Notes: a model not told the origin generated them from the letters alone. A stretch of 63,573 nucleotides of DNA, filler included, from Bigelowiella natans CCMP2755 (GCA_000320545.1; 6 parts of 6 records of this genome joined end to end with filler, not necessarily neighbours in it), one strand, 5' to 3'; shown: positions 12,570-24,473, numbered from the whole stretch's first letter. A program made the numbers and translations.

Positions 12570-13490
12570 TTCATGTGGCAGAAAATGAAAAGTCTCATGT
12601 GGTGATGGCTAGCTAGCTAGCTGGCGCTAGAGCGGGTAAATGTGCGCTTGCATTGCACGCAAGAAAACCATTCGAGTCTTCCCTAGTTCCGTTGACATCC
12701 AGCACAACGTGATCTGCACGCATGTCATGCAGGGACACACGCGCTAAAGCAGCCCACTGCTATTCTACGCGCGTAACAGCCAGCAGTGTGCATTGTTGCG
12801 TCATTGCACACAGCGTGCTGCGTGCAGACCTGGCAAATTGTGAAACTCAGTGCCTCGAGTTGAAAACAACGAGGAGTCACTACTAGACTAGTGCACAAGT
12901 GAAGGGAGATCACAGACAAGAAACAATGCAGCGCATCCATCCTGAGCAGAAATTTCCTGAAGGCTGTGCGAATGAGTGTGTAGACTTCATGTCTCCATGC
13001 CCAGTACACTGTGTAGACTTCATGTCTCCACATGAGACGATCTTTGTCCAAATCACCAGAGGGTTCACCCAACAACACATCTGTTTCTGAAGGAGCACAG
13101 TCAAACCCCATCTGGCGTTGAAATGATTTGAAAGTGGAGGAGCCAGGCACCAAACTAGCAAAGTGGAGCTCACACTGGACTAGGGTCTGATCAACGCATC
13201 GTTCAAGCAAAAGCGATGGTGGAGGAGGTGAGAGGCAAATCGAGAAGCTTGTGGGAAGCAGGTTGCAAGTTCTGGCCCAAGTGAACAATGCACGAGAACA
13301 ATGATGAAAAACTGCAATTCCAAAGTGTGACAATGAGACACTTGCGATGTGCGAAATGCAGTGCCTCGAACTGGCTTCAGTGAGGATTGACTAGCAAACT
13401 AGCGGGGTTCATGCAAATTGGCACAAACTAAACATTGAATGACTGTGTCCATGACAATGCGTCACAACTAGCAGAGTGGTGTGTGATGTG
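12570..13490. other. TpA-depleted island 2 (degenerate repeat/pseudogenic DNA)
   Basis: Manual count for 12601-13490: 22 TA, of which 12 are in CTAG and 19 in CTA or TAG. Starts with (GCTA)n; contains a short tandem duplication gtgtagacttcatgtctcca at ~12978-13030. Confidence 0.85.
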
Positions 13491-14029
13491 TAAGTAATAA
13501 TAATAATAATTATTATAACCGCCAATGGCGGTATCTGCGATGTGGGCAGAGCCCACCTGCTCGCAAAGCGATGCGACAGCATTATGCGACTGTATTATTA
13601 TGCTGTATCATATTGCATTGTTATACTTATGTTTCCCAGGGGGCATTTTTTGAGGGCGGGGGCAGTATATATAAAGTATGTAAGTATTTTAATATATATA
13701 TATATATATATTATAAAAAGTTTGGTTTTTGTAATGCCCCACATTCCCCCCTTAATTATGTGCCGTGCCGTGCTAGGTGCTATGTGCTGTGCGGTGCGAA
13801 GCGATATGCGACTATGTTGTGCGACAGCATTATGCGACTGTATCATTATGCTGTATCATATTACATTATTATACTTATGTTTTATCTGGGTATGTTTTCG
13901 TTTTTGAAAAGCCCCAGAAGCCCTCATTAATTATAAAATGAAGGAGGTAAAAGAAAGCACTAATTTAAGTGGGGTTGAAATCAAAATGAAGAGGAAAATG
14001 ATATAAAGAATTGAATGTTGTAACATTAA

Positions 14030-14524
14030 ATGGAAGAGTTAAAAAATGAATTATTAAAAATAAGAAAAAACATAAAAATAATACAACTTGATGTCGCTAA
14101 AATGAGAAATAGTTTGAAAGAGGAGTATATCAGTATGGAAAAAGGTTGTGCTTTGGAGGGAAAAATTAAAAATGATAGAAGAAAGTTATATAAATTGTTA
14201 AAAGAAGAAATGAGAATAGCGACCAAAATATATAGAATGAAGAACAAAGAAAAAATGAAACAATACAGCAAAAACTACAGAGAAGCAAATAAAGAAAAAA
14301 TAAATCAACAAAAGAAAGAATACAGAGAAGCGAACAAAGAAAAAATAAAACAATACAACAAAAAACATAGAGAAGCAAACAAAGAAAAAATGTTGGAAGA
14401 AATGAAACAAAAGGCAAATTGTGAGTTCTGTAATTGTGCTATAACCAAAAAGCATTTACGAAGACATCAAAGAACCAAGAAATGTTTGAAGACAAGACAA
14501 AAACACACACCAACAACAAAGTAG
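14030..14524 (+). CDS. Lys-rich 164-aa protein with YREANKEKI repeats and C-terminal C2H2-type zinc finger
   Basis: Intact ATG-stop ORF; three 14-aa repeats containing REANKEK; CEFC-x8-HLRRHQRTKKC. The style resembles ORFs of large DNA viruses/Polinton-like elements (inference). Confidence 0.75.
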   Translation: MEELKNELLKIRKNIKIIQLDVAKMRNSLKEEYISMEKGCALEGKIKNDRRKLYKLLKEEMRIATKIYRMKNKEKMKQYSKNYREANKEKINQQKKEYREANKEKIKQYNKKHREANKEKMLEEMKQKANCEFCNCAITKKHLRRHQRTKKCLKTRQKHTPTTK

Positions 14525-14654
14525 AACATACAAATATGTGTTCCTACCTATAAAACAAACAATTAACATTCAAATGGTATACCTACAAGGACATATTTTA
14601 CCACAAGTTTTTACAAAATAAATAAATATCGCATCAAATTTGTATGATATTCAT

Positions 14655-14822
14655 TTATGCGACTGCTTATATGCGACTGCTATTACGAAGCGATATGCCG
14701 TGCTAATACACTGTTATTACGAAGCGATATGCTATGCTAATACATATGCGACTAAGCAATATGCCGTGCTAATAAACTGCTATTACGAAGCGATATGCCG
14801 TGCTAATACATATGCGACTGCT
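14655..14822 (+). repeat. Imperfect tandem repeats (ctgctattacgaagcgatatgccgtgctaata / atatgcgact units)
   Basis: Three to four copies visible; core motifs cgaagcgatatgc and atgcgact also occur at 13795-13840. Confidence 0.85.
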
Positions 14823-14928
14823 ACAACATACATACTTAACAACATAAGCTATTAGCGAAAGGATTCCACTTTTACAAAACATCCAACTATGATTTCTATT
14901 TAAAGAATTGTCTCACTATAAGATTAAT

Positions 14929-15126
14929 ATGAGTAATATTAATCAAGTAAATACAAGTAGCACAGCAGATAAAATCTATGATGTTGACTATAAACTTAGT
15001 GAAATCGTCCTCGTAATAGATGAACTAAAAGCCGAACTGAATCCTGAATTCTATCGCAAACTAAGAGATAAACTGATGGAAGTCCACATTTGTCTAATGG
15101 GCGAAGTTGTAGATGGCTATAAATAA
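14929..15126 (+). CDS. Small 65-aa hypothetical protein, intronless
   Basis: MSNINQVNT...VVDGYK; preceded by ATTTAAAGAATTG at nearly the same spacing as the motif before ORF 14030. Confidence 0.5.
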   Translation: MSNINQVNTSSTADKIYDVDYKLSEIVLVIDELKAELNPEFYRKLRDKLMEVHICLMGEVVDGYK

Positions 15127-15170
15127 CTATACTTTCTCCAGACTGGACCCGATGTGTGTGCGGAAGCAGT

Positions 15171-15419
15171 CTACATAGCGATGCGAAGATACTCTCCAGA
15201 TTTGTGATTACTCCTATTACAACCTCCACCAACCGCAAACAGCTTACCATTCCAAACAACCACACCCACACCATATCTCTTATTATCCATATCAGGGATT
15301 TTCGTCCACCCCGCATCCATATTCTTCAAATCCAGATACTCCCCATTTCTAAGAGTATTACTACCATCATACCCACCAACAGCAAACAGCTTGCCATCCC
15401 CAACGGCCACACCCAAACA
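15171..15419 (-). CDS. Kelch-repeat protein fragment (5' part lost in gap; 3' end appears truncated)
   Basis: GKLFAVGGYDG...GEYLD...W..IPDM..KR.GVGV..WNGKLFAVGG: two kelch blades with the GG, Y and W signature. Confidence 0.85.
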   Translation of the reverse strand, partial: CLGVAVGDGKLFAVGGYDGSNTLRNGEYLDLKNMDAGWTKIPDMDNKRYGVGVVVWNGKLFAVGGGCNRSNHKSGEYLRIAM

Positions 15420-15960
15420 NNNNNNNNNNNNNNNNNNNNNNNNNNNNNNNNNNNNNNNNNNNNTTAATTAATTAANNNNNNNNNNNNNNNNNNNNNNNNN
15501 NNNNNNNNNNNNNNNNNNNCCCGAGGGTATTTGAAAAGGAAAAGGAAGGCACTTCTGCTGAAGTGCGTCGAATCGACGCATCAATATGGTTTACCCTGAC
15601 CGGGATCAAATCACAGCAAGACAAACATTGTTCTCAAGGTTTCGATAGTTACAAATATAGGAGGAGTTACCCGTTCTGCGGAGGTGGGGGGGGGGGGGGG
15701 GGGGTGTATTATTTTTAAATTAAGGAAAAAATAATGTATATGGTATTTTATGTCCCAAATGGGGGGGGGTAGTTTTTATGGGGCATCCGCAGGTTTTTTT
15801 GGGAAATTAAATTCCCCCCCCCCCCCCCCCCTTTTTCTGATTGAGATCTCCGTTTCCGCATTGGGTGCAAACCTCCTTCCATTCGCACATGAACGAGAAA
15901 ATCGTCGAGAACATGTGTGTAAACATCGAGAAGCGACCTAATACCCTGACTGTAAACTAG

Positions 15961-17503
15961 ACGTCGCCGCCTCTCCGATTAACGATCCAGCAACAGTTCC
16001 ATCGGCTGGCGTTGCTGACGGTGCCGGTGCCAAGGAAGATGGGGCTAATGCCGCACCTCAGAAACTTACAGCCCCCATCATAGTCAAGTCCAGCCTGGAA
16101 ATGTTTCTGGAGCACAAGAGAAGGATCGCCCCCCCCCCTCTCGATATCCCTCGCGTTTCGAACAGCATGAGCTATGGCGGGTCGGGCTGGCTTTCGGATC
16201 ACGCTACCCCGATGATACTACCTGGGGCTGGTAAGAAAGGAGACTACAATAGGAAAACGATGGCAAGAAGACCTGCGGCGGTGAATGATCAAGACAACGA
16301 AGAGGGAGAGGACCCACACGTTGTGACTGCTGCAAATAACCACGCCGGCAGGGGGCCCATCGACGCTGCGTATCTGCGGTAATATCAATGTCCAAGACGC
16401 GTGGGCAATAGCGGTTTCCCCCGTCCGTGAAGAGGATTGCGCTCATACATTGGTGTTTGTGCGGGACGTATGCATGCGGTTTTGTGTTGCCGCGCGCGAG
16501 AGATTTTTTGTGTAAGTAGATAGATAGAGAGAGTGCAAACACACTAATGACCTCCATCTTCTCCTTTCCTTTGTTTCTTGCGCGAAGACAACTGCGGCAC
16601 ACACCGGAGAGCAACTTACTTGACATATTCGCAAACCAGCACCTCGGAGGCTTGCGTTCAGGTTCTCACAATGCTCATCAATACTCTCTTTCGACTTCAC
16701 CCCCCCCTCTTCCAATTGCCACGTAATGTCAATGCGACCATGCTATTACTCCACCAGGAAATAAAAGCACAGCATCGCATCTGGCAACGCCCCCCGATCA
16801 TCATCAAAGCTTCCAATCCAGCGGCATTAGCTTCGACGCGACGGTGAGTGGATTTTCCTGCTGCCTCCAACACAAAGAGGCGGCTGTTTGAACGAAACTG
16901 CAGCTTGTAGACACACACGTGTTTGTCCGCCCCTCCACCTTTTTCGTCTGCGTTCTGGGCGCACCCTATCGTCTGTCGTATGACGAATAAACAATTGGAG
17001 ATAATACACCCGATGTCTACTAACGGTATATATGTGCCCACGTTTTGCGCGCTGGCCTCCCTTCCTGCCTACTTGCTACTTCCGCTTTGGTGATCGATTT
17101 GTAGGGGGGGCAGAACCCAATGCTCATGCCGACTCCGAGACTGAATATCGGCCTTCCCGCCAACAAGAGCGGGCAGCCGACTCCTGCAACAGCTGCAGCA
17201 AAAGTGACCGCTCCAAGCGATGCTGCGGCAATGGAACGACCTTCGTCCCAGAGAAAGTTGGCGACGATCAGGTCTGTTTTTGATAATGGATATTGCATGC
17301 ACTGCAACCCCTGCATTTTTATGGAATGATAGTGGAGACACGAGAGTACAAAAAAGAAAAAGAAGAAGAAGAAATCGGCGAGTGAGATAAGACGGAGGAG
17401 GGCAAACAAAAAGGGAAAACTGTCATAAATCGCAATTAAAGACGTATTTTGACCGCTGGGAAACTTATTAATTCTTAATACAGCTTACAAAACTGAAAAG
17501 AGT

Positions 17504-17538
<35 letters not shown>

Positions 17539-18610
17539 TATATATATCCTCTTTTTTTTTCCCAATACATATATGCGATTTCTGTGCGTATGCACACCTT
17601 ATCCTTCATACCAGGGCCAAAAGATCCACCAGCGATGGTGTAAATCGACAGCGTCAGCCGCAAAAGAGAGCGCCTCCTGCGTCCTCCTCTCGAAGCGCGG
17701 ATCAAGTCGCATCTATCATAGCCTCCAAAGTACGGCAGATGCCGAACGAAACGGCGCGCTCCTTACTAGGGTTAGTCACCAACCTCGAGGCCAAGACGGG
17801 AGAGCAGCCCTTCCATCGCTGGCTGCGCTCTTATGCTGCCACCATTGCAGGCCATGATCATGGGGTCGTTGGCGCTGGGGAAGAGGAGGAGGGCGCAGAA
17901 TCAAAGCTAGGAAAAAGAGCGTCAGCGCCAGAAGCAAAGATCAATATGATGAAAATAAGTGGAGAAACGCGTGCTACGAAGGAGCGCGCTGCTCCAATTT
18001 TGTCGTCTGTGACTGCGCCGATTGGTCAACGCCACCCCCAAAACAACAATCAGCAGCAGCAGCACCACCACCAGAACAATCAGCACCAGCACCAGCAACC
18101 CGCGCTACATTTTGGAACAGCTGCAGCATTTACGACAACACCAACAGCAAATACCGCAGCAGCAGCAGCTCCGCCCCTGCAATCTTCCTCTTCACTTCCA
18201 CCCCAAAATACAATTGTAAAGCCATCCGAGGACAGCAACCGAATCGTATCGCGACCACCATCGTCGTCATCTACGCAATCATCGTCGTTCCCATCACCGC
18301 TAGCGCAGGACGAAGAAGCGGGGGAGACAGCAGTGGAGAGACACCTCCGAAAGGTCCACGGGATTAAGAGCTTCCAGATCAAGGGGAATCCGTTTGGGGC
18401 AGAGCGAAAAGTCGTCACCATCCAACTCACTGCGTTCTCATCCTGGGGAGACCCCGACGTGGTTGGTGCTGCAGCGGCTACTGCGAGAAGCAGAACACCA
18501 CAAACAAACACGTTTGCAGTAATAACGGACGACGCCTTCTGCTTAGCATTATAATATCTCAATACGATATTTGTGTGCACATATAATATCTATTTTTATA
18601 TGTATATGTG

Positions 18611-18694
<84 letters not shown>

Positions 18695-20320
18695 TATTTA
18701 TAAGCAGAACAGTATCTATTGACTCCTCCTTTCCTACGAAACCCACCGCTCACCGCTTAAACGTCCTCCCCTCCTCCTCATACAGATCGGGTTGACAGAG
18801 CTGAAAGTACTGGATGGGTCGGAGAAAGAGATCCCGCTAGCCCCTGGGAACATACACGTGCGCTATGCTCATTGCAACCGTGCGGGCTTGGCGAAGCTAT
18901 TCAATAGGAAGATGAACACGACCAACAGCCGCCATATGTGGGAAGCGCCGCTGCCCGTGTCGCTAAGAGCAGGCGCCATCGTGGAGCTTCTCATATCTAT
19001 TGCGGTGAGAGATCAGCCTAATAAATGCTCTGATCGAATAATCTGTAACTAGCTCCCCCTCCCCCCCCCCACCCACCCCCCCTTTTCCGCACCATCTTAT
19101 TTTTTCTATCTACCGCCATTCTCCCGACGCCTGATTCAAGGTCAAGTTCAATCCGCGAGTGCTACGTCTCTGGAATTACAATTCAAACGAGAGGGTAAGC
19201 CATTAATGGTAGATTCGTCGTTGCAGCAACCGTCAGCAGCAGCAGCAGTAGTAGTGGTTGTGGTGGTGGTGGTAGGAGTACACATGCACAATTCCAGCTG
19301 TATCTATCAAGATCTGTGACCGCATTCTTCGTTGTCTTTCTCTAAGATAATTGCCGTTATAATCGTTCTCTTTTCTTCCAGGTGATCTGGAGCAATGGCA
19401 AGCAATCCACAGGCTTGGCGCGCGGGATGAAGGATGTGACAGTGTCGGTGAATGGCGACCTGTCATGGAGGGGAGTCCTGCCTATGGCATGCGGGCAGCG
19501 TGGGGTTCCATACGGGTAGCAGCAGCAGCACTAGTATCTGTGAACGTGTAGCAGATATCATGTGTGCATGCTAGCAGCGCTACTCTGCCGACGCGCCTCG
19601 CCGTCACCGGAACTTGCATTCGTATTCGGAGAGTTTTGCCCCTGCAGGAGTGGCTAGCGCGCTTTCTTCTTCTGAACTTGCTCGCATCATGCAGATAGGG
19701 GAGAGACGTAGACTCTTTCCGCGCGTAGTAGTGAGGAGGCGCGTGAATTCTAAAATACTTTCGTTCTTCCTCTAACCAGCTTTGACATCGGGCTCCTGGA
19801 GAACCGCGTCGTTAGCTCGAAAGAAGAGGATGATACAGGCCAGATCCTTTCGAAAAGCACTGACAATGAAGAGACACCAACGAAGAACGACTTCGGCGCA
19901 CTCCCTCGCACTCGCCGCCCCGCCTCTCTCCCCCTCCAAAATGGAGGCGATGAAAGGGATCGTTTCGTAACGGCGAAAGTTGGCCATAGAAATGGCCAGC
20001 CACAGCCGCAGCAGCAGCAGCTGCAGGCATGGGATCTTCCAGGTCCGAGAAAGAAGGAAAACAAGCCGGCTATCCCCATCCGCCCTGTTTCTATGTTAGG
20101 GAAAAGAATAACACTAGTAATTGAAGAAAACTGGGGAGATCCACACTACGTAGGCCTGACTGGAATCCAGGTTGGTGAGAGCTTGATTGATTCATTGTAC
20201 GACGACGAAGAGCCAGCAGCAGCGCAGCAGCAATACACACACATCATCACGCACTCCACCATCATCTGCAACAGGTGCTGGGTCCCAATCTAGAGCGGAT
20301 CGATGATTCTGCGCTCGGTG
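15961..20320 (+). CDS. KATNIP: KATNIP/KIAA0556 (DUF4457)-like ciliary protein, multi-exon, partial (5' boundary uncertain, 3' into gap)
   Basis: Repeated domain motifs: SSWGDPDVVG-LTELKV, LAKLFNRKMNTTNSRHMW, LRLWNYN, ARGMKDVTVSVNG..W.G.L, and second repeat ENWGDPHYVGLTGIQV. Confidence 0.8.
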
Positions 20321-20715
20321 CAGGTTTCAGAACCTTTTTTCCCTAGCGAAGACTTTTGACGCGAAAACTGAAAATAAGAGGGTTCCCTCCAGAGTGGAGC
20401 TCTTTCACCAACATGCCAGCTGCAGTTGTGATTCGATGGGTTCCACACACAACGAGAGATATCGGCCGACAAGCCAAATTCTTCTTTTATTTAAGGGACC
20501 GAGAGACCGATGTTTTGCTGAGAACGTACATTGGTTTTCATTCCAGAAAGCTAGAGCACACACACAACAAGAATAAACTTAACTCCGCCCCCCCNNNNNN
20601 NNNNNNNNNNNNNNNNNNNNNNNNNNNNNNNNNNNNNNTTAATTAATTAANNNNNNNNNNNNNNNNNNNNNNNNNNNNNNNNNNNNNNNNNNNNTAAGTA
20701 AATAATTAGTAGATA

Positions 20716-20754
<39 letters not shown>

Positions 20755-20760
20755 TGTAAG

Positions 20761-20802
<42 letters not shown>

Positions 20803-20877
20803 TTATACTTTTATACGCAGATATAATTACGATTCTGTCGAATAAAGTTACTAATTGTTGTATGCGAATCCCCCCAG

Positions 20878-20937
20878 ACGCCTGGAGAGATCAAGCTGGT
20901 CTTTGATAATACCTATAGCTATTTGACCTCAAAAACG
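20878..20937 (+). CDS. Exon encoding the C-terminal part of a GOLD domain (rest of gene in gap)
   Basis: AG|TPGEIKLVFDNTYSYLTSKT|GT matches the GOLD G-x-x-x-L-x-FDN-x-YS...K motif. Confidence 0.65.
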
Positions 20938-21489
20938 GTAAGAGGCACTAATCACCTACATCGAACGAGTCGGTGGCACAAGAGGCTAGATTAGGAAGGA
21001 AAAATTCGTCTGCTGCTTTTTATTGAATGCCAACATTTATGAGTGGTATTTGATATATGTTTGTGTTTGTGTATATGTGTGCGCGTATTAATTTATAAAT
21101 AAATATTATGTTTTGTTTTGTGAATTTACGAAAAAGGTGCAATACCTTATAGCGCTGCATAATAACGCATCGGATGAGGATGGCTTTGGTGTGAGCACAC
21201 GCAAATCGACTACTGGCACCAAAAAGGAGTGATTCATGAGTCTGCATTAATACAAACAGTTAGAATAATAAAATAGTCACAGTTCGTAATACTCACCTGC
21301 TGTCTACAAAAAGGGTTAGCACGATCCGAACATGCAATTGTCAGATGGACTGCAATGCGTACCGTGTAGGAAATGCAGCGCACATGACATCGTGCGCGTG
21401 TGTCCATTGAAATAAATACGATGTGCTTCATGTAGATGCTACGACGCCATCCATTTGTTTGGTCGACTATCACAGAAAAAAAAAATTAA

Positions 21490-24470
21490 TCACTAGATTC
21501 GTTACGCTACCCTAGCTAGCTAGCTAGCTAGTGCCATGCTAGCATGTGCATGAGGCGATTGCCTTTTGCCGCAGCTCATCGATCCACAGGCATTCTTTCA
21601 ATGATGGTTTGTGCAATGAACATGTAGCAAAATGCAGATGGGCACTCCAATTAATCTAGATGAATTGCATGTCGCGATAGGTGCGTTCCACGCACTCAGA
21701 ACCAACTGGCCAAGACGAAAAGTCAAGTTGAGCGAAACGACTGAATTCCTTCCGTCGAGCACCAGAGCACCAAGGTTGACACTCTTGTTGAGTGTGCAAG
21801 GCGATCACGTGCAATCGCCGGATTACACGATTGTGAGACAGCTGAAAACTGGAAAAACGTGCACATCGCTTTCAACTTGTGGTCCCTGCCAGCCTGCGTG
21901 CAGGCCGTGCAATGCGCAAACACGTTCCAACTGTGTTGACAACGTGGATGCGCTGAACGTGCAGCTGTGAGAGCAGAGACGGAAGAGTTTCGAGGTGAAC
22001 GCACCGTTGTCCACTGTCCACGCCCCTGGGGACCAACAACTTGCTGATTGCTTGGGTGGGTTCCAGGGTTGTTTGAGAAGGAGGTGCCAACTCAAGCTGG
22101 TAAGTTGCCCCCGCTGTGAGTGTTGTCACCTTTGAGGACGATGAGACTTCCTCCAGTCCTCCCTGACCCAGAAGAGTTCCTGCAGCTTCAAGACCACCTG
22201 GACAAGCACAAAAACAAACACGAGGTGCTCAGTGATGGGACACTTGTCTGCACCGACAACGTCAAACGCACCCACGTCCCAAGACGCACCAGAGGACAGA
22301 GCCCTCCTTTTCACGGCTTGTGGACCTGCCTGCACACGCAGGGGAGTCACGTGCCAATGCTCTGTTGTGTCATCACTGCTGGTCCTGCAAGCTGAGTGGC
22401 ATGTAAGCCTGCCTGCAGGGCTGTAGGTGTTCCAGCTTGAAGGCGGCAAGGGTCGCCACCAAGGAGTCCCAGGAGAGTCGCCACTCTGAGAAGGAGAGAG
22501 CGAAAAACTCCTTGCATGGACGTCGTGCAAGCAGTTGTGTGCAAGCAGCACGATGGTTGCCATTGCCTTGCGTTGGTGGACGTGGCGACAGGCAAGTGCT
22601 GGATTGAGAAAGTTCAAGAGTGCTGAGTGATCAAAGTCAACGTGGCCAAGAAGAACGAGGTGTCACAAACAAAGGCTCGCTAACTCTGGAACTGCTGCCG
22701 CACCTGGGAGTCCGAGCTTCAGGCTGTCCCCGACGAAGTCTTCCTGCGAACAAGGTCGACACCAAAGAAGTTGCACGTGGACGACGAAAGTTCCCTCCTG
22801 CAGCTGAAAACGCCTGGAAACAGCTGTTTTCATTGGTGCACGTTTGCGCCAATTGCCAAAGTGGCAATTTTGGATGATTTGGTGCACGTTTGCGCCAATT
22901 GCCAAAGAGGCAATTTTGATGGTTTTTGTTGCGACCCCAACGCAGTTGGAAAAAAAAGTGACAAGTTCACTTTGAAGAGTGTGACTGGCCCTTGCGATTG
23001 CGCCCAACCTCAGCTAGCTCAGCTCCAACCGACATCTCCGGACCTGATTGCCGAGAAAACTCACACTTTGTGAAAACGTGCGCGTTTCACCAAGTTGTGG
23101 AAGTGTCAGTTTTCGTCAATGCGTTTGTTCAGAAGAAGCAGATGGTTCATGATGACTGCGTTGTGGCGCTCAGTTTGCACGCCACGGCTGGACAGGCAGA
23201 GCGACGTCCATTGTGTGCGTGACCCGCGACACACGATGTCCTGGGACGCCTCGCGGCATGTGTGACGCACGTGCCAGCACGGAACGTTCTGAGAACGTGC
23301 AGTTCGCTGCTCTTGTGTTCTGGGAAAGTTCCTTCGTTCTTCCTCGGACTGGCCGCACTCTCGGACAAGTCCAGGAACTGTCACAGAACGTTCTGCACGA
23401 CACAGTGTTCGTGCAGCACGACAAAGGCGTCGGAACGACGCACAGTGAAAACAATGCATGATTGCATTGCAGGTGAAAGCTTTCTCGGAGCCGCACGCGC
23501 AACGCTGTGCCTGCTTGCATGCAAACACAACTCAAACAGACACACAACTCAAAAGACAACACACAACTCAAACACCACAACTGCAAACAACAGTCAAGTT
23601 TCATCAACGCTTTCACGAATCACGCTCAACCGCCTCTTGTTGACGCAGCAGCGATGCATGCGTGCACCCCAATGCCCGATTCAGCGCAGGACGACAAAAT
23701 CGTGGATCGCTGTCTCGACAGGCCCGGTGCAAAGCAGGCACGGGAACCTCCTGTCGGCAGGGCCACGTCTCTCAACTCGTCAGCTGAGAGCAAATGCGTG
23801 CTCGGCACATCCCCATTGGCACACGCCGCTGACGAGGGCGATGTGCACTCCAGAGTGAGCGCGACAGCGTGCTCCAGCGCACAGCGTCAAACGTGATGAT
23901 TGCACAGCCATCAAAGGCCATGGAGCGTACCGAGTCAAAAGCACACATGTTGGGACATGTGTGGGCAAAAAGCACATGAACAGAGCATGTGTTGCAAAGA
24001 ACATGTGTACCAAACTACACATGTTCGTACGTGCGTGCGCTGCGTAGCCATCAAAGGCTATAGATGATGTGCATGCAATGCAATGCGATCTAGCGATGCG
24101 AAATGCGCGCGCTCACGAAGCAAAACATCGGACATGCCAGCTTGGCGTGATGCCTCAGGCGGTGCTAGGACAAAATCCCATCAAACACTGCAACTGCAGA
24201 AATCTTGGAACAGCACATCTGAAGGTCCCAACCATCATGCCTTGTTTCTGCCACTTTTGGAAATTCGCAGACAACTGTTGCGTGTTGATTTTGTTGTGAG
24301 CGCACATGATTTGTGTGTGTCTGAAGGAAATTGGAGAAGAACATTGGGATCTCTGCTAACCAAACAAAAAATGTGTGCTGAGTCCATCACAACGCCGTCC
24401 CTTGCTGCTGTTCTGACTACTTCTTCCCACAACTCTTGCCTCAATGATCTAGACCAAAAAAATGCTGAGT
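21490..24470. mobile_element. TpA-depleted island 3: decayed integrase-bearing element
   Basis: About 7 TA in 21661-23927 and none in 23017-23927 (manual count). Begins with a (CTAG)n run at ~21512. Contains integrase relics and a 46-bp tandem duplication at ~22833-22923. Confidence 0.8.
22140..22830 (+). pseudogene. Degenerate retroviral-type (DDE) integrase
   Basis: Frame-shifted pieces: ...TLVCTDNVKRTHVPR, LHTQGSH...CRC (HHCC-like), TPCMDVVQAVVCKQHDGCHCLALVDVATGKCWIEKV (core strands), TPKKLHVDDES (second Asp region). Confidence 0.55.
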
Positions 24471-24473
24471 CCA

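Larger units (their letters stand above)
13491..15126 (+). mobile_element. AT-rich, intronless virus/transposon-like insertion with subterminal repeats
   Basis: Abrupt compositional switch at ~13491. Two short hairpins (13518-13532, 13542-13556), a ~62-bp direct repeat (~13573 and ~13821), a tandem repeat block (14655-14822) and two intronless ORFs sharing an upstream motif. Confidence 0.6.

Noticed and set aside
14655-14822. Repeat block superficially CRISPR-like
   Set aside because: No unique spacers, irregular units, no cas genes, eukaryotic context.
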